Assembly: GCA_965225945.1 (NCBI GenBank)
Contig: CBDDBZ010000031.1
Coordinates: forward strand, 96,001-160,000
Reading direction: 5' to 3'
Length of the DNA: 64,000 nucleotides
DNA from: Alphaproteobacteria bacterium
GTDB lineage: Bacteria; Pseudomonadota; Alphaproteobacteria; GCA-2731375
Shown here: positions 13,429 through 23,404 of the stretch, piece after piece
Layout: every line of letters begins with the position of its first letter
Position numbering within the stretch: the stretch's first letter is position 1
Notes under the pieces: model-generated
What the model saw: only the letters and a program-made list of their open reading frames with translations
The model's database searches: none
What the model was told of the DNA's origin: nothing
Made by a program: the position numbers and the translations under genes

Positions 13429-14016
13429 GTGGCGTCGATGTTCTCACCGAAGGGCGCGCTTCTCGCCCTGTCGATCGGGCTGCTCGGCGCGCCGGCCGGG
13501 GCGGCATCGATGGCGCCGGTCTCGCCGGCGCCGGCGCCTGCGGCACTCGCCGACGGGCTCGCCGTCGATTATTATTTCGAGGTCTTCAACAGCATCGACA
13601 ATCTCCTCGACTGGATGGACTCGGCCAAGCCCAAGGCCGGCCCGCCCTTGCCCCGGCTCGACTACAAGGTCGGCTTCGCCAAGGTGCTGACAGCCGATTC
13701 GAGCGATTTCGTCGGCGCCCACATCCAGGGGCTGATCCACTTGGCGAGGGCGGGCGAGTATGCCTTCGAGGTCACCTCGAACGACGGGGTCAGAATCGAC
13801 ATCGGCGGCGAGCCCTTCTTCGAGGATCCCGAGGTGCATCCCGACACCACCTCCGATCCGATTGGGCTGAAGATCGAGACGCCGGGTTGGTATGCGCTCG
13901 AGATTCTCTATTTCGAGAAGAAGAACACCTCGACCCTGATCCTGAAATGGCGCCCGCCGGGCGCCGGCGGGTTCGAATTGGTGCCGGCCTCGGCCTTCAA
14001 ACACCCGAAACGATAG
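13429..14016 (+). CDS. Secreted PA14-domain protein
   Basis: Signal peptide; GEYAFEVTSNDGVRIDIGG and GWYALEILYFE motifs. Confidence 0.8.
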   Translation: MASMFSPKGALLALSIGLLGAPAGAASMAPVSPAPAPAALADGLAVDYYFEVFNSIDNLLDWMDSAKPKAGPPLPRLDYKVGFAKVLTADSSDFVGAHIQGLIHLARAGEYAFEVTSNDGVRIDIGGEPFFEDPEVHPDTTSDPIGLKIETPGWYALEILYFEKKNTSTLILKWRPPGAGGFELVPASAFKHPKR

Positions 14017-14043
14017 GCCGTTCCGGAACCCGGGAGAGAATGG

Positions 14044-14364
14044 ATGAACGTGCAGGCGAGCATCGAGAGCAAGCTGATGGCGGGCCTGGCGCCCCGCCAT
14101 CTCGAAGTGGTGAACGAGAGCCACAAACACAGCGTGCCGCCCGGCTCGCAATCCCATTTCAAGGTGGTGATCGTCGCCGACGCCTTCGAGGGCAAGCGCC
14201 TGGTCGGCCGCCATCAATCGGTGAACGCGCTGCTGGCCGAAGAGCTGGAGGGGCCGGTCCACGCGCTCTCGATGGAGACGCTGACGGCGGAGGAATGGAC
14301 GGAGCGCGGCGGCAAGACCATGCAAACCCCCGATTGCCTCGGCGGCGGCAAGGCGGAGCGCTGA
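14044..14364 (+). CDS. bolA: BolA family protein
   Basis: NESHKH, SHFKVVIV, RHQSVN and VHALS motifs. Confidence 0.92.
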   Translation: MNVQASIESKLMAGLAPRHLEVVNESHKHSVPPGSQSHFKVVIVADAFEGKRLVGRHQSVNALLAEELEGPVHALSMETLTAEEWTERGGKTMQTPDCLGGGKAER

Positions 14365-14480
14365 ACCCAGGTCTTCTCAATCGGTGATCGGATGCACCCC
14401 CGGGCGGGCGGCCCCGCATTTTCGCGTCCGCGGATAATTCTATAAGATCCGACCCCCTCGGGGAGCGGGGACATGGGGAC

Positions 14481-15353
14481 GTGCATGCGATGACGAAGTT
14501 GGTGCCACCCGAAGCACCGGTGTTGCGGCGGATCGAGCCCGAGGGCCTGAGCCTGCCGGTGGTCTTCGATTCGCCCCACAGCGGCCTGCACCTGCCCGAG
14601 GATTTTCGCCCCGCGCAGCCGGCGATGATGATCCGGCTCGCCGCCGACAGCTATGTCGACGAACTCTTCGCCGGCGCGCCGGCGCACGGCGCCATGCTGA
14701 TCGCGGCCGAGTTCTCCCGCGTCTACATAGACCCCAACCGCGACGAGACGGACGTCGACCTGAAGCTGATCGAGGGTGATTGGACCGGGCCCCATATGGC
14801 GAGCTCGAAGCAGCGTTACGGCAAGGCGCTGATCTGGCGTTCGCTCGGTGAGGACATGCCGATGTACGACCGCCCGCTCTCGGCCGCCGAGGTGCGCCAT
14901 CGCATCGAGCACTATTGGCGGCCCTATCACGACGCGGTGGAGGGCGCGCTCGACGCGGCGCACGCGAGCAGTGGCGCGGTCTGGCACGTCAACTGCCACT
15001 CCATGGCCTCCTACGCCGGTTCGTCCCACCCCGATGCCGGCAAGCGGCGCCCCGACGTGACGGTGAGCGATCGCGACGGCACCAGCGCCGGCGCGGAGTT
15101 CGTCGAGTGCGTGGTCGGCGCCTTGCGCGCCATGGGCTACGAGGTGCGCATCAACGACCCCTACAAGGGGATGGCCTTGATCGAGCGCTACAGCGATCCC
15201 GCAAGGAAGCGCCACAGCCTGCAGATCGAGCTCCGTCGAGGGCTCTATCTGGACGAGCGGAATCGGCGGAAATCGGACGGCTTCGATCCCCTGAAGGCGG
15301 ATCTCGACCGGCTCTGCGGCGAGATCGCGGCCTTCGCCAGGATCTACCTTTGA
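14481..15353 (+). CDS. N-formylglutamate amidohydrolase family protein
   Basis: FDSPHSG, YIDPNR, NCHSM and HSLQIELRR motifs. Confidence 0.88.
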   Translation: MHAMTKLVPPEAPVLRRIEPEGLSLPVVFDSPHSGLHLPEDFRPAQPAMMIRLAADSYVDELFAGAPAHGAMLIAAEFSRVYIDPNRDETDVDLKLIEGDWTGPHMASSKQRYGKALIWRSLGEDMPMYDRPLSAAEVRHRIEHYWRPYHDAVEGALDAAHASSGAVWHVNCHSMASYAGSSHPDAGKRRPDVTVSDRDGTSAGAEFVECVVGALRAMGYEVRINDPYKGMALIERYSDPARKRHSLQIELRRGLYLDERNRRKSDGFDPLKADLDRLCGEIAAFARIYL

Positions 15354-15462
15354 GCGACGGCGCCGCGCGGGACGGCCCGGGGACAGCCCCAAGGGCGATC
15401 AGCATGAGGGCGCGGGAAGCCTTTCACGCCTGTGATTTCGCGCCCGAGGCGAGGGAGGAGCC

Positions 15463-16191
15463 ATGGCGACGACGATCGATTTCAGCGGCAGTCATGTGGT
15501 CGTGACCGGCGGCTCCAACGGCATCGGCAACGCCCTGGCACGCGCCTTCCGCGACCACGGCGCGGCGGTGACGGCGACCGGCACAGCTGCGCGCGAGAGC
15601 TACGCGAGCGACCTCGAGGGCATGGACTACCGGGCCCTCGAGCTCGGCGACGACGAGGCGATCGCCGCCTTCGCCGAGGAGATCGAGCGGCTGGACGTGC
15701 TGGTGAATTGCGCCGGCATGGTCGCCTACCGGGGCCAGGAGTTCGAGGTCGACACCTTCCGCCGGGTCATGGACGTCAACCTGACCGCGATCCTACAGCT
15801 CGCCACCCTGCTCCGGCCCAAGCTCGCCGAGCGCTCCGGCGCGATGATCAACGTCACCTCGCTCACCGCCTTCTTCTCCTCGCGCGGCAATCCCGCCTAT
15901 GGCGCCAGCAAGGCGGCGATCGTGCAGTTGACCAAGACCCTGGCGGTGGCCTGGGCGCGCGACGGCATTCGCGTCAACGCCATCGCGCCGGGCTGGGTCA
16001 AGACCAAGATGACCGAGATCTCCTGGAGCAACGAGAAAATCGACGAGGCGATCCTGGCGCGCACGCCGCTCGGCCGTTGGGCCGATCCCGAGGACTTGGC
16101 GGGCCCGGCGCTGTTTTTGGCCTCCGACCTCGCCCGCTACGTCACCGGCGAGACCATCGTGGTCGACGGCGGCTTCAGCCTGGTGATCTGA
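15463..16191 (+). CDS. SDR-family oxidoreductase
   Basis: TGGSNGIG, YGASK and VNAIAPG motifs. Confidence 0.92.
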   Translation: MATTIDFSGSHVVVTGGSNGIGNALARAFRDHGAAVTATGTAARESYASDLEGMDYRALELGDDEAIAAFAEEIERLDVLVNCAGMVAYRGQEFEVDTFRRVMDVNLTAILQLATLLRPKLAERSGAMINVTSLTAFFSSRGNPAYGASKAAIVQLTKTLAVAWARDGIRVNAIAPGWVKTKMTEISWSNEKIDEAILARTPLGRWADPEDLAGPALFLASDLARYVTGETIVVDGGFSLVI

Positions 16192-16279
16192 GGGGAGGGG
16201 GCGATCGCAAGCTTGATCGACAGTTTGGAAAAAGCCGGGCTGTCGCTGGCCAGGGCGTGAAGGGAAAACGGGAGGGACG

Positions 16280-17077
16280 ATGATGACGGCCGAGGACGAC
16301 AAGGTCGCGGGCGCGGCGCGCCAGCTCTTCGACGAGCATCGCTCGGGCGCGCGGCTCGACGGCTTGCCGGGCGAACTCTGGCCCGCCGACATGGCGACGG
16401 CTTACGCTATTCAAGACGGCCTGCTGGGCCTCCACGAGGCGGCCGGCGAGGGCGTGATCGCCGGCTGGAAGGTGGCGCTGACGACGCCGGTGATGCAGGC
16501 GATGGTCGGTGTGAACGAGCCTTGCGAGGGCGCGATCCTGGCCCATCGCCGGCACGATTCGCCCGCTCGCCTGGCCGCCGGCGACTTCGTCAACGTCGGC
16601 GTCGAGAGCGAGATCGCCGTCCGTTTGGGCAAGGACTTGGACGGTGGCACGCATGATCGCGAGTCCGTGGCCGGGGCGGTCGCGGCTTGCATGGCGGCGA
16701 TCGAGATCGTCGACGACCGGGGCATCGATTACAGCAAGATCGATGCGCCGCTGCTGATCGCCGACAACGCCTTCAATTTCGGCTGCGTGCTCGGCCCCGA
16801 GGTGATCGCGTGGCGGGACTTGGATCTCGCCCAGCTCCAGGGCCGGATGGCGATCAACGGCGAGGTGGTGGGCGAGGGCCTCGGCGGCGACGTCATGGGC
16901 CATCCGCTGGAGGCGCTGGCTTGGCTCGCCAACAATCTGAACCGCCGCGCCCGCCCGCTGCGCGCCGGCCAGATCATGCTGACCGGCTCCATCGTCGCGA
17001 CCAAATGGTTGAAGGCGGGCGAGCGGATGGAGAGCCAGATCGACAGCCTCGGCGAAGCCCGGCTCGAGCTTTCCTGA
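16280..17077 (+). CDS. 2-keto-4-pentenoate hydratase / FAH-family protein
   Basis: GWKVALT, ESEIAV, IADNA, GHPLEALAWLAN and LTGS motifs. Confidence 0.85.
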   Translation: MMTAEDDKVAGAARQLFDEHRSGARLDGLPGELWPADMATAYAIQDGLLGLHEAAGEGVIAGWKVALTTPVMQAMVGVNEPCEGAILAHRRHDSPARLAAGDFVNVGVESEIAVRLGKDLDGGTHDRESVAGAVAACMAAIEIVDDRGIDYSKIDAPLLIADNAFNFGCVLGPEVIAWRDLDLAQLQGRMAINGEVVGEGLGGDVMGHPLEALAWLANNLNRRARPLRAGQIMLTGSIVATKWLKAGERMESQIDSLGEARLELS

Positions 17078-17256
17078 GCCAAGCGGGCGGGGTCGTGCCC
17101 TGGGCATCGGTCCCGACTTTCCGCTGCTCGCGCGGCTTCGAGGTGACGTGGACACGAGGCAGGCCAGATCATATGTTTTAATCGACAAATCCGAGCGGGG
17201 TTCGACGAGAGCGCCACCGCCGGGTGGGACGTTCGCAACCTGCATGTAGGACTGAA

Positions 17257-17682
17257 ATGCCGATCGAAGGGTCCGAAGAGCGCGATGCCATCAGGGATGC
17301 GGCCTACGCCGACCTGGACTCCCTCGATGAAGAATCCCGCGATGAAGGCTTCGAGCCCTGTTCAGAGCTCGCAAAAGACAATGCGCGCCGGCTTCTCCTG
17401 GCGCTATCTCACGAGGATCGTCCGGCTCCGGCGATCTATCCGACGAGCGACCGGGAAGTCGCGATCATGTTCAATAGGGCTGGTGACGGTAATGCCGTGC
17501 TCATCTTATGCGCGTCGAATGGCGAGGTCGCTTGTTTCGCCTCGATACGCGGTTCCAACCGACGAGCAAGATACGATTCGGCGCGAGGGCTGCCGGACGC
17601 CATCATCGCGCCGCTCTGGATCAATTACAACAACAGAACGAAACTTGGGCCTTGTCCTGATCCGTCGCGCCGATGGTCCTGA
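17257..17682 (+). CDS. Hypothetical protein, 3' end possibly degenerate
   Basis: Open frame in a lower-GC patch; no family recognised. Confidence 0.4.
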   Translation: MPIEGSEERDAIRDAAYADLDSLDEESRDEGFEPCSELAKDNARRLLLALSHEDRPAPAIYPTSDREVAIMFNRAGDGNAVLILCASNGEVACFASIRGSNRRARYDSARGLPDAIIAPLWINYNNRTKLGPCPDPSRRWS

Positions 17683-17785
17683 ATTCGACGGATCCGCTCG
17701 ATCAGACCGTGGCCTACCGCGGCCTACCGGCCTGCATCGATTCCTTACGCATCGTCGAGGAGGTGTTGAAGGAGCGCGGCCAGAT

Positions 17786-18091
17786 TTAACCCTCGAGACC
17801 GTGGGCCTTGATCTCGACCTCGACGAAGGCCATCTCGCCGGCGCCGGCGTTGATCACGTCGTGCCGCACCCCCGCCTGGCGGTAATAGGATGCCCCGGCG
17901 CGGAGCTCGGCCACTTGCTCGCCCTCGTCGTCGACGATTCGCAAGCTGCCGTCGAGCGAGGGCACGATGACGTAGTCGTAAGCGTGAACGTGCCAGCCCG
18001 TCGCCTCCCCCGGGCGGAAGCGCCATTCGGTGACCCGGACCCGGTCGTTGTCGATCTGCACGCTCGCCCGTGCCGTGCCGTCTCCGTTCAT
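17786..18091 (-). CDS. Cupin-domain protein
   Basis: TGWHVHAYDYV and GVRHDVIN motifs. Confidence 0.85.
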   Translation of the reverse strand: MNGDGTARASVQIDNDRVRVTEWRFRPGEATGWHVHAYDYVIVPSLDGSLRIVDDEGEQVAELRAGASYYRQAGVRHDVINAGAGEMAFVEVEIKAHGLEG

Positions 18092-18236
18092 CCTCGCCTC
18101 CCGTCAGGGCCACCGATGAGGCCAATCAGATCATCGATTTCCTCCGGCGGGAAGCCCGTGCGATACAAAGCGCCCTCGCGGTCGCCCACCAGGTTGTTTG
18201 GGACAAGGTACCGCCGGCCGAGCTGGGAGGACGCGG

Positions 18237-19880
18237 ATGAACGGTGGTGAGTTGGTGGCGGAGACGCTGATCGCGCACGGCATCGACACGTTCTTCACCG
18301 TGCCCGGCGAGAGCTTCCTGACCGTGCTGGAGGCCTTGCGGCGCCACCAGAACAGCGTCCGCCTGGTCACCACCCGGCACGAGAGCGGCGCCAGCTTCGC
18401 GGCCGACGCCTACGCCAAGATCTCGGGCCGGCCGGCCGTGGTCATGGTCAGCCGTGGGCCCGGCGCCACCAACGCGGCGATCGGCGTGCACACGGCCAAG
18501 CAGGATTCGACGCCGATGCTGCTGTTCATGGGCCAGGTCACCTCCGCCTCCTTGGGGCGCGAGGCGTTTCAGGAGATCGACCCCGCCAGCACTTTCGCCT
18601 CGCTGGCCAAGGGCGTGTTCGAGCCCACCCGGCCGGAGGACATCGGCCAGGCGGTGGCCGACGCCCTCGCCTTGGCGAGGGACGGGCGGCCCGGGCCGGT
18701 GGTGGTGGCGGTTCCGAAGGACCTGGGCGAGGCCGAGGTCGGCCGGACGCCGGTACCCCGGCCGTCGCCCCCGGCCGGGCCCGTCGCGCCCGAGGCCAGC
18801 GCGGTCACGGCTGCCGCCCGCCTCCTGGCCGCGGCCGAGCGGCCGTTGATCGTGGCGGGCGAGGCGATCCTCTTCGCCGAGGCGCGCGACGCGCTGGTGC
18901 GCCTGGCCGAGGCCAGCGGGGCGCCGGTAATCGCCGCCTACCGCCGCCAGGACGCCTTCCCGAACGACCACGAGGCCTATATCGGCCATCTGGAGATCAA
19001 CCGGGTAGCCTACCAGCGTCGGGCGCTCGAGCGGGCCGACGTGGTGCTGGCCGCCGGCAGCCGGCTCGACGGTATCACGGGCGAGGATTTCGCCTGGCCG
19101 GCGCCGACGCAGAGCCTGATCCACCTCTATCCCGATGGCGAAGTGCTGAAGCGCTTCGACTCCGCCGTCGCCGTCGCCGGCGATCCGAGCGCCGGGCTCG
19201 ACGCCATCGCCCGCGCTCAGCCCGCGCCGAGCCCGGACCGCCTCGAATGGCGCGACGGGCTCAGGCGCGGCTATCTCGGCGACAACGATCCGGGAAACGC
19301 AGCCAACCACGGCGCGGTCAACCTCGCCCTTGTCGTGCGCGAGGTGGCGGCGCGGCTCGACGAGGACGCGGTGGTGCTGACCGACGGCGGCAGTTTCGCC
19401 CGCTGGGTGCACCGCTATCACCGCTTCACGCGCCCGCGCACTCAGGCGGGCCCGATTGCCGGCGCCATGGGCTACGCGGTGCCGGGTGCCGTGGGCGCGG
19501 CGCTGGCCCGGCCGGGTGCGCGGATCGTCGCCTATGTCGGCGACGGCGGCTTCATGATGACGGGCCAGGAGTTGGCGACGGCGCTGGAGCAAGGCCTCGA
19601 TCTCAAGGTCATCGTCTGCGACAACAGCGCCCACGGCTCGATCCTGCAGGGCCAGCTCAAGCGCTTCGGCGCGGAGGGGATCTACGGCACCCGCCTCGCC
19701 AGTCCTGATTTCGCCGGCCTCGCCCGAGCTTACGGCGCGCCGGCCTGGCGGGTCGAGACGACGGAGGAATTCGCGGCAGCCTTCGAGGCGGCGCTGGCCC
19801 ACATCGGCCCGGCGCTCTTGCACCTGATCACCGACGAGCGCGACATCCACCCCTTCGGCGAGGAGCGCGAGGCGGTCTAG
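18237..19880 (+). CDS. Thiamine-pyrophosphate-binding enzyme (acetolactate synthase-like)
   Basis: VPGESFL, RHESGA, RGPGATN and GAMGY...GDGGFMM...DNS TPP motif. Confidence 0.9.
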   Translation: MNGGELVAETLIAHGIDTFFTVPGESFLTVLEALRRHQNSVRLVTTRHESGASFAADAYAKISGRPAVVMVSRGPGATNAAIGVHTAKQDSTPMLLFMGQVTSASLGREAFQEIDPASTFASLAKGVFEPTRPEDIGQAVADALALARDGRPGPVVVAVPKDLGEAEVGRTPVPRPSPPAGPVAPEASAVTAAARLLAAAERPLIVAGEAILFAEARDALVRLAEASGAPVIAAYRRQDAFPNDHEAYIGHLEINRVAYQRRALERADVVLAAGSRLDGITGEDFAWPAPTQSLIHLYPDGEVLKRFDSAVAVAGDPSAGLDAIARAQPAPSPDRLEWRDGLRRGYLGDNDPGNAANHGAVNLALVVREVAARLDEDAVVLTDGGSFARWVHRYHRFTRPRTQAGPIAGAMGYAVPGAVGAALARPGARIVAYVGDGGFMMTGQELATALEQGLDLKVIVCDNSAHGSILQGQLKRFGAEGIYGTRLASPDFAGLARAYGAPAWRVETTEEFAAAFEAALAHIGPALLHLITDERDIHPFGEEREAV

Positions 19881-19904
19881 GCGTCTCGCGCGGGCGAGCC
19901 GTCC

Positions 19905-20273
19905 TCAGGAACTGTCGTCCTCGGGGCGGGCGCGGCTCGGGCGGTAGCCCTTGAGCGCCATGCAATCCTCGAAGACGCGACGGCGGACGCGCAGGTAGTC
20001 GGCCTCCTGCATGCGCTGGAGGCCGGAGACGTCGTGGTTGCGGTAGCTCTGCTCGAGCGCGATGGCACGCCCGTGGAAGCGTTCCTCGCGTCTGAGATCG
20101 GCGTCGTTCATCCGTGCACGTGCATAACGGCCGCACGCGTCGATATCGACCCAACGCGTCTGCTTTTCAGTGCCGGCCTTCTCCCAGCGTTTCGGCTGGT
20201 TGGTACAGGCGGCCAGCGCGAGCGACAGAATCGCGACCGAAACGGCGATCGGAATATGCACGCGGTTCGGCAA
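19905..20273 (-). CDS. Hypothetical lipoprotein
   Basis: GGAGG RBS with TTG start; lipobox LAAC; C-terminal CMALKGY. Confidence 0.6.
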   Translation of the reverse strand: MPNRVHIPIAVSVAILSLALAACTNQPKRWEKAGTEKQTRWVDIDACGRYARARMNDADLRREERFHGRAIALEQSYRNHDVSGLQRMQEADYLRVRRRVFEDCMALKGYRPSRARPEDDSS

Positions 20274-20397
20274 TGGAATACCTCCCTGACCCCAGGGCGA
20301 GCCTAGCGAGTTCGCGCCGCCGGGCGCAAGGCGTTCGGCGGCCCGAGGCGCAAAACATCGGTTGTCAGTTTTCCTCCGCCTCACTAAATTTTCCGCC

Positions 20398-20616
20398 ATG
20401 TCCGAGACCATTCCGTTGCTTCTGCACCAGGCGACGTCGAACCCCGGCCGGGTCGGCGCGAGGCTCGCGGCCAAGGGCTATCGGCTGGAGGTGCGCCGCG
20501 CCGCGCTCGGCGAGGAATTGCCCGAGACGCTGGAGGGCTATGGCGGTATCGTCACCGGGTTGGACGGCTTTCTCGATCGCTGGCTGGCGCCCCCGCTGGC
20601 GGCGGCGGCGGAATAG
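20398..20616 (+). pseudogene. Internally deleted class I glutamine amidotransferase-like gene
   Basis: N-terminus LHQATSNPGRVG...GEELPETLEGYGGIV joins directly to a C-terminal LDGFLDRWL; the catalytic core is absent. Confidence 0.65.
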
Positions 20617-20636
20617 CCAGCGGGCGGGCGAGGGGC

Positions 20637-21773
20637 ATGGCGATACGCGATCTCTACGGCGAGGAGCACGAGATCTTTCGAACTTCGGTGCGCCGCTTCG
20701 CGATGCGCGAGATCGCGCCCCACCACGAGGCTTGGGAGAAGGCCGGCGTGGTGCCGCGCGAGGCCTGGCTCGCCGCCGGCGAGGCGGGCCTACTGCTCTG
20801 TTCCGTGCCGGAGGAATATGGCGGTGGCGGTGGCGACTTCCTGCATTCCTGCGTGCTGATCGAGGAGCTGGCGAAGATCGGCGCCACGGGCCCGGGCTTC
20901 CCACTGCACAACGAGATCGTCACCCCCTACATCATGCACTACGCCTCGGAGGAGCAGAAACGCCACTGGCTCCCGAAGATGGCCAAGGGCGAGGCGATCA
21001 GCGCCATTGCGATGAGCGAGCCGGGCGCCGGCAGCGACCTCCAGGCCATCCGGACGACGGCCAGACGCGACGGCAATCATCTGGTGATCGACGGCCAGAA
21101 GACCTTCATCACCAACGGCCAGAGCGCCGATCTGATCGTCGTTTGCGTCAAGACCGACCTTGCCGAGGGCGCCAAGGGGATCAGCCTGGTGCTGGTGGAG
21201 GGGAATCGCGAGGGCTTCGAGCGGGGCCGCAACCTGGAGAAGGTCGGCTACAAGGCGCAGGATACCTCCGAATTGTTCTTCAACGAGGTCCGGGTGCCGA
21301 CGACCAACCTCCTGGGCGAGGAAGGCGAGGGCTTCCGCTACCTGATGGAGCAATTGCCGGGCGAGCGCCTGACCGTCGCCGTCCGCGCTTGCCAGGTGAT
21401 CGAGACGGCGCTGGAACAGACCGTCGAATATACCGCCCATCGCAAGGCCTTCGGCCGCGCCATCCAGGACTTCCAGAACACCCGCTTCACGCTCGCCGAG
21501 GTGAAGACGGAGGCGACGGTCTGCCGCACCTTCGTCGACCACTGTATCCGCCTGCATCTGAGCCAAGCGCTCGACACCCAGCTCGCCTCGATGGCCAAGA
21601 TGTACAGCACGGAGCTCGCTTGCCGCATGCTCGACAAATGCCTGCAACTGCATGGCGGCTACGGCTACATGTGGGAGTTCCCGATCGCGCGGGCCTGGGC
21701 CGACGCCCGGGTCAATCGGATCGCCGGCGGCACGAGCGAGATCATGAAAGAAATCATCGCGCGGGGGCTTTAG
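20637..21773 (+). CDS. Acyl-CoA dehydrogenase
   Basis: AMSEPGAGSDL, GQKTFITNG and QLHGGYGY motifs. Confidence 0.95.
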   Translation: MAIRDLYGEEHEIFRTSVRRFAMREIAPHHEAWEKAGVVPREAWLAAGEAGLLLCSVPEEYGGGGGDFLHSCVLIEELAKIGATGPGFPLHNEIVTPYIMHYASEEQKRHWLPKMAKGEAISAIAMSEPGAGSDLQAIRTTARRDGNHLVIDGQKTFITNGQSADLIVVCVKTDLAEGAKGISLVLVEGNREGFERGRNLEKVGYKAQDTSELFFNEVRVPTTNLLGEEGEGFRYLMEQLPGERLTVAVRACQVIETALEQTVEYTAHRKAFGRAIQDFQNTRFTLAEVKTEATVCRTFVDHCIRLHLSQALDTQLASMAKMYSTELACRMLDKCLQLHGGYGYMWEFPIARAWADARVNRIAGGTSEIMKEIIARGL

Positions 21774-21776
21774 CCG

Positions 21777-23381
21777 ATGGAAGTCCTTACCCCTACCCCA
21801 ACCCCCGCCGCCGCCCCCTCGCCGCGCACGCTCGCCGACATCACGCGCCATCATGCACGTGAGGCGCCGGACCGGGTGGCGTTGCATTTCGGCGGCCACG
21901 AGACCAGCTACGGCGAGCTCGACCGCCGCGCCAACCGGGTTGCCAACGCGCTGCTGGCGGAGGGTTTGGCGCCGGGCGACCGGGTGGCGCTCTTGGCCAA
22001 GAACAGCGATCGCTTCTTCGATCTGCTCTTTGGCGCCGCCAAGGCCGGCATGGTGCTGACGCCGATCAAACTCCGCCTCAAAGCACCCGAGATCGCCTAT
22101 ATCGTCGCCGACGCCGGCGCCCGGCTGCTGATCGTCGCCGGCGAGTTCGCCGACACCCTCGCCGGCATCGCCGACGAGCTGGCGGCGGTGGAGCGGATCA
22201 TCGTGCTCGACGGCGGACACGAAAGCTGGCCCGCCTTCGTCGACTGGCGGGATTCGGGCGGCGAGGTCGAGCCCCCGAACGCCAGCGGGCCCGACGACGT
22301 GGTGATGCAGATCTACACCGCCGGCACCACCGGCCGGGCGAAGGGCGTGCAGCTCACCAACCGCAACTTCACCGCCCTCTTCGACAACCTCGCGGCCATG
22401 AGCGGGACGGTGATCGCGCCCTGGAGCGATGAGGAGGTGGTGAACGTCGCCTCGCCGCTGTTTCATGTGGCGGGCTGCGTGTGGGCGTTTTACGGCTTGC
22501 TGCAGGGCGCCAAGAACGTGGTCATGGCGGACGTCGACCCACCGGCGATTCTGGCCTCGATCGCCGAGCAGCGAACCACCCGGGCGCTCTTCGTGCCGGC
22601 GGTGATCCGCTTCCTGCTGGAGGCGCCGGGCTGCCGGGAGACGGACTTCTCGACGCTCAAGGAGATCTACTACGGCGCCTCGCCCATTGCGCTCCCGGTG
22701 CTGGAGGAGGCGATCGAGGTCTTCGGCTGCGATTTTCTCCATCTCTACGGGATGACGGAGTTGACCGGCGCCGTCACCTGCCTGGCGCCCGGCGACCACG
22801 ATCCGGCGCTGGGCGCGCGCCTCGCCTCCTGTGGTCAGGCGATGCCGGGCTGCGAAATTCGCGTCCTCGACGCTTCGGGCGGGGAGCTCGGCCCGGGCGA
22901 GATCGGCGAGATCGTCTGCCGCTCGGCTCAGATCATGCTCGGCTATTGGAACCAGCCGGAGGCGACGGCGGAGGCGATCGTCGAGGGTTGGCTGCATACC
23001 GGCGATGCCGGCTATCTGGACGCGGACGGTTATCTCTATATCCACGACCGAGTCAAGGACATGATCATCTCCGGGGCCGAGAACATCTATCCCGCCGAAG
23101 TCGAGAGCGTGCTGATGTCCCACCCCGAGGTCGCCGACGTGGCGGTGATCGGGGTGCCGGACGAGACCTGGGGCGAAACCGTGCTGGCCTGCGTGGTGCC
23201 GGTCCAAGGCGAGACGCCGAGCCTCGAGGATCTCGTCGCCCATGCCCGGGGCTCGCTCGCCGGCTACAAGCTGCCGCGCTCGCTGGACATCCTCAAGGCG
23301 CTGCCGCGCAATCCGGCCGGCAAGGTCCTGAAGCGCGAACTGAGACGTCCGTACTGGGAAGGGCGGGAACGCCAGGTGTGA
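21777..23381 (+). CDS. Long-chain fatty acid-CoA ligase
   Basis: YTAGTTGRAKG, YGMTE, GWLHTGD and DRVKDMIISG motifs. Confidence 0.92.
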   Translation: MEVLTPTPTPAAAPSPRTLADITRHHAREAPDRVALHFGGHETSYGELDRRANRVANALLAEGLAPGDRVALLAKNSDRFFDLLFGAAKAGMVLTPIKLRLKAPEIAYIVADAGARLLIVAGEFADTLAGIADELAAVERIIVLDGGHESWPAFVDWRDSGGEVEPPNASGPDDVVMQIYTAGTTGRAKGVQLTNRNFTALFDNLAAMSGTVIAPWSDEEVVNVASPLFHVAGCVWAFYGLLQGAKNVVMADVDPPAILASIAEQRTTRALFVPAVIRFLLEAPGCRETDFSTLKEIYYGASPIALPVLEEAIEVFGCDFLHLYGMTELTGAVTCLAPGDHDPALGARLASCGQAMPGCEIRVLDASGGELGPGEIGEIVCRSAQIMLGYWNQPEATAEAIVEGWLHTGDAGYLDADGYLYIHDRVKDMIISGAENIYPAEVESVLMSHPEVADVAVIGVPDETWGETVLACVVPVQGETPSLEDLVAHARGSLAGYKLPRSLDILKALPRNPAGKVLKRELRRPYWEGRERQV

Positions 23382-23404
23382 ATTCTAACACCCGTTTAAA
23401 AATT

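Noticed and set aside
8031-13696. Diversity-generating retroelement TR/VR pair
   Set aside because: Mismatches are not confined to adenines on one strand (6 T and 2 A in the intact copy), no reverse transcriptase is present, and the repeat covers a 5' region.
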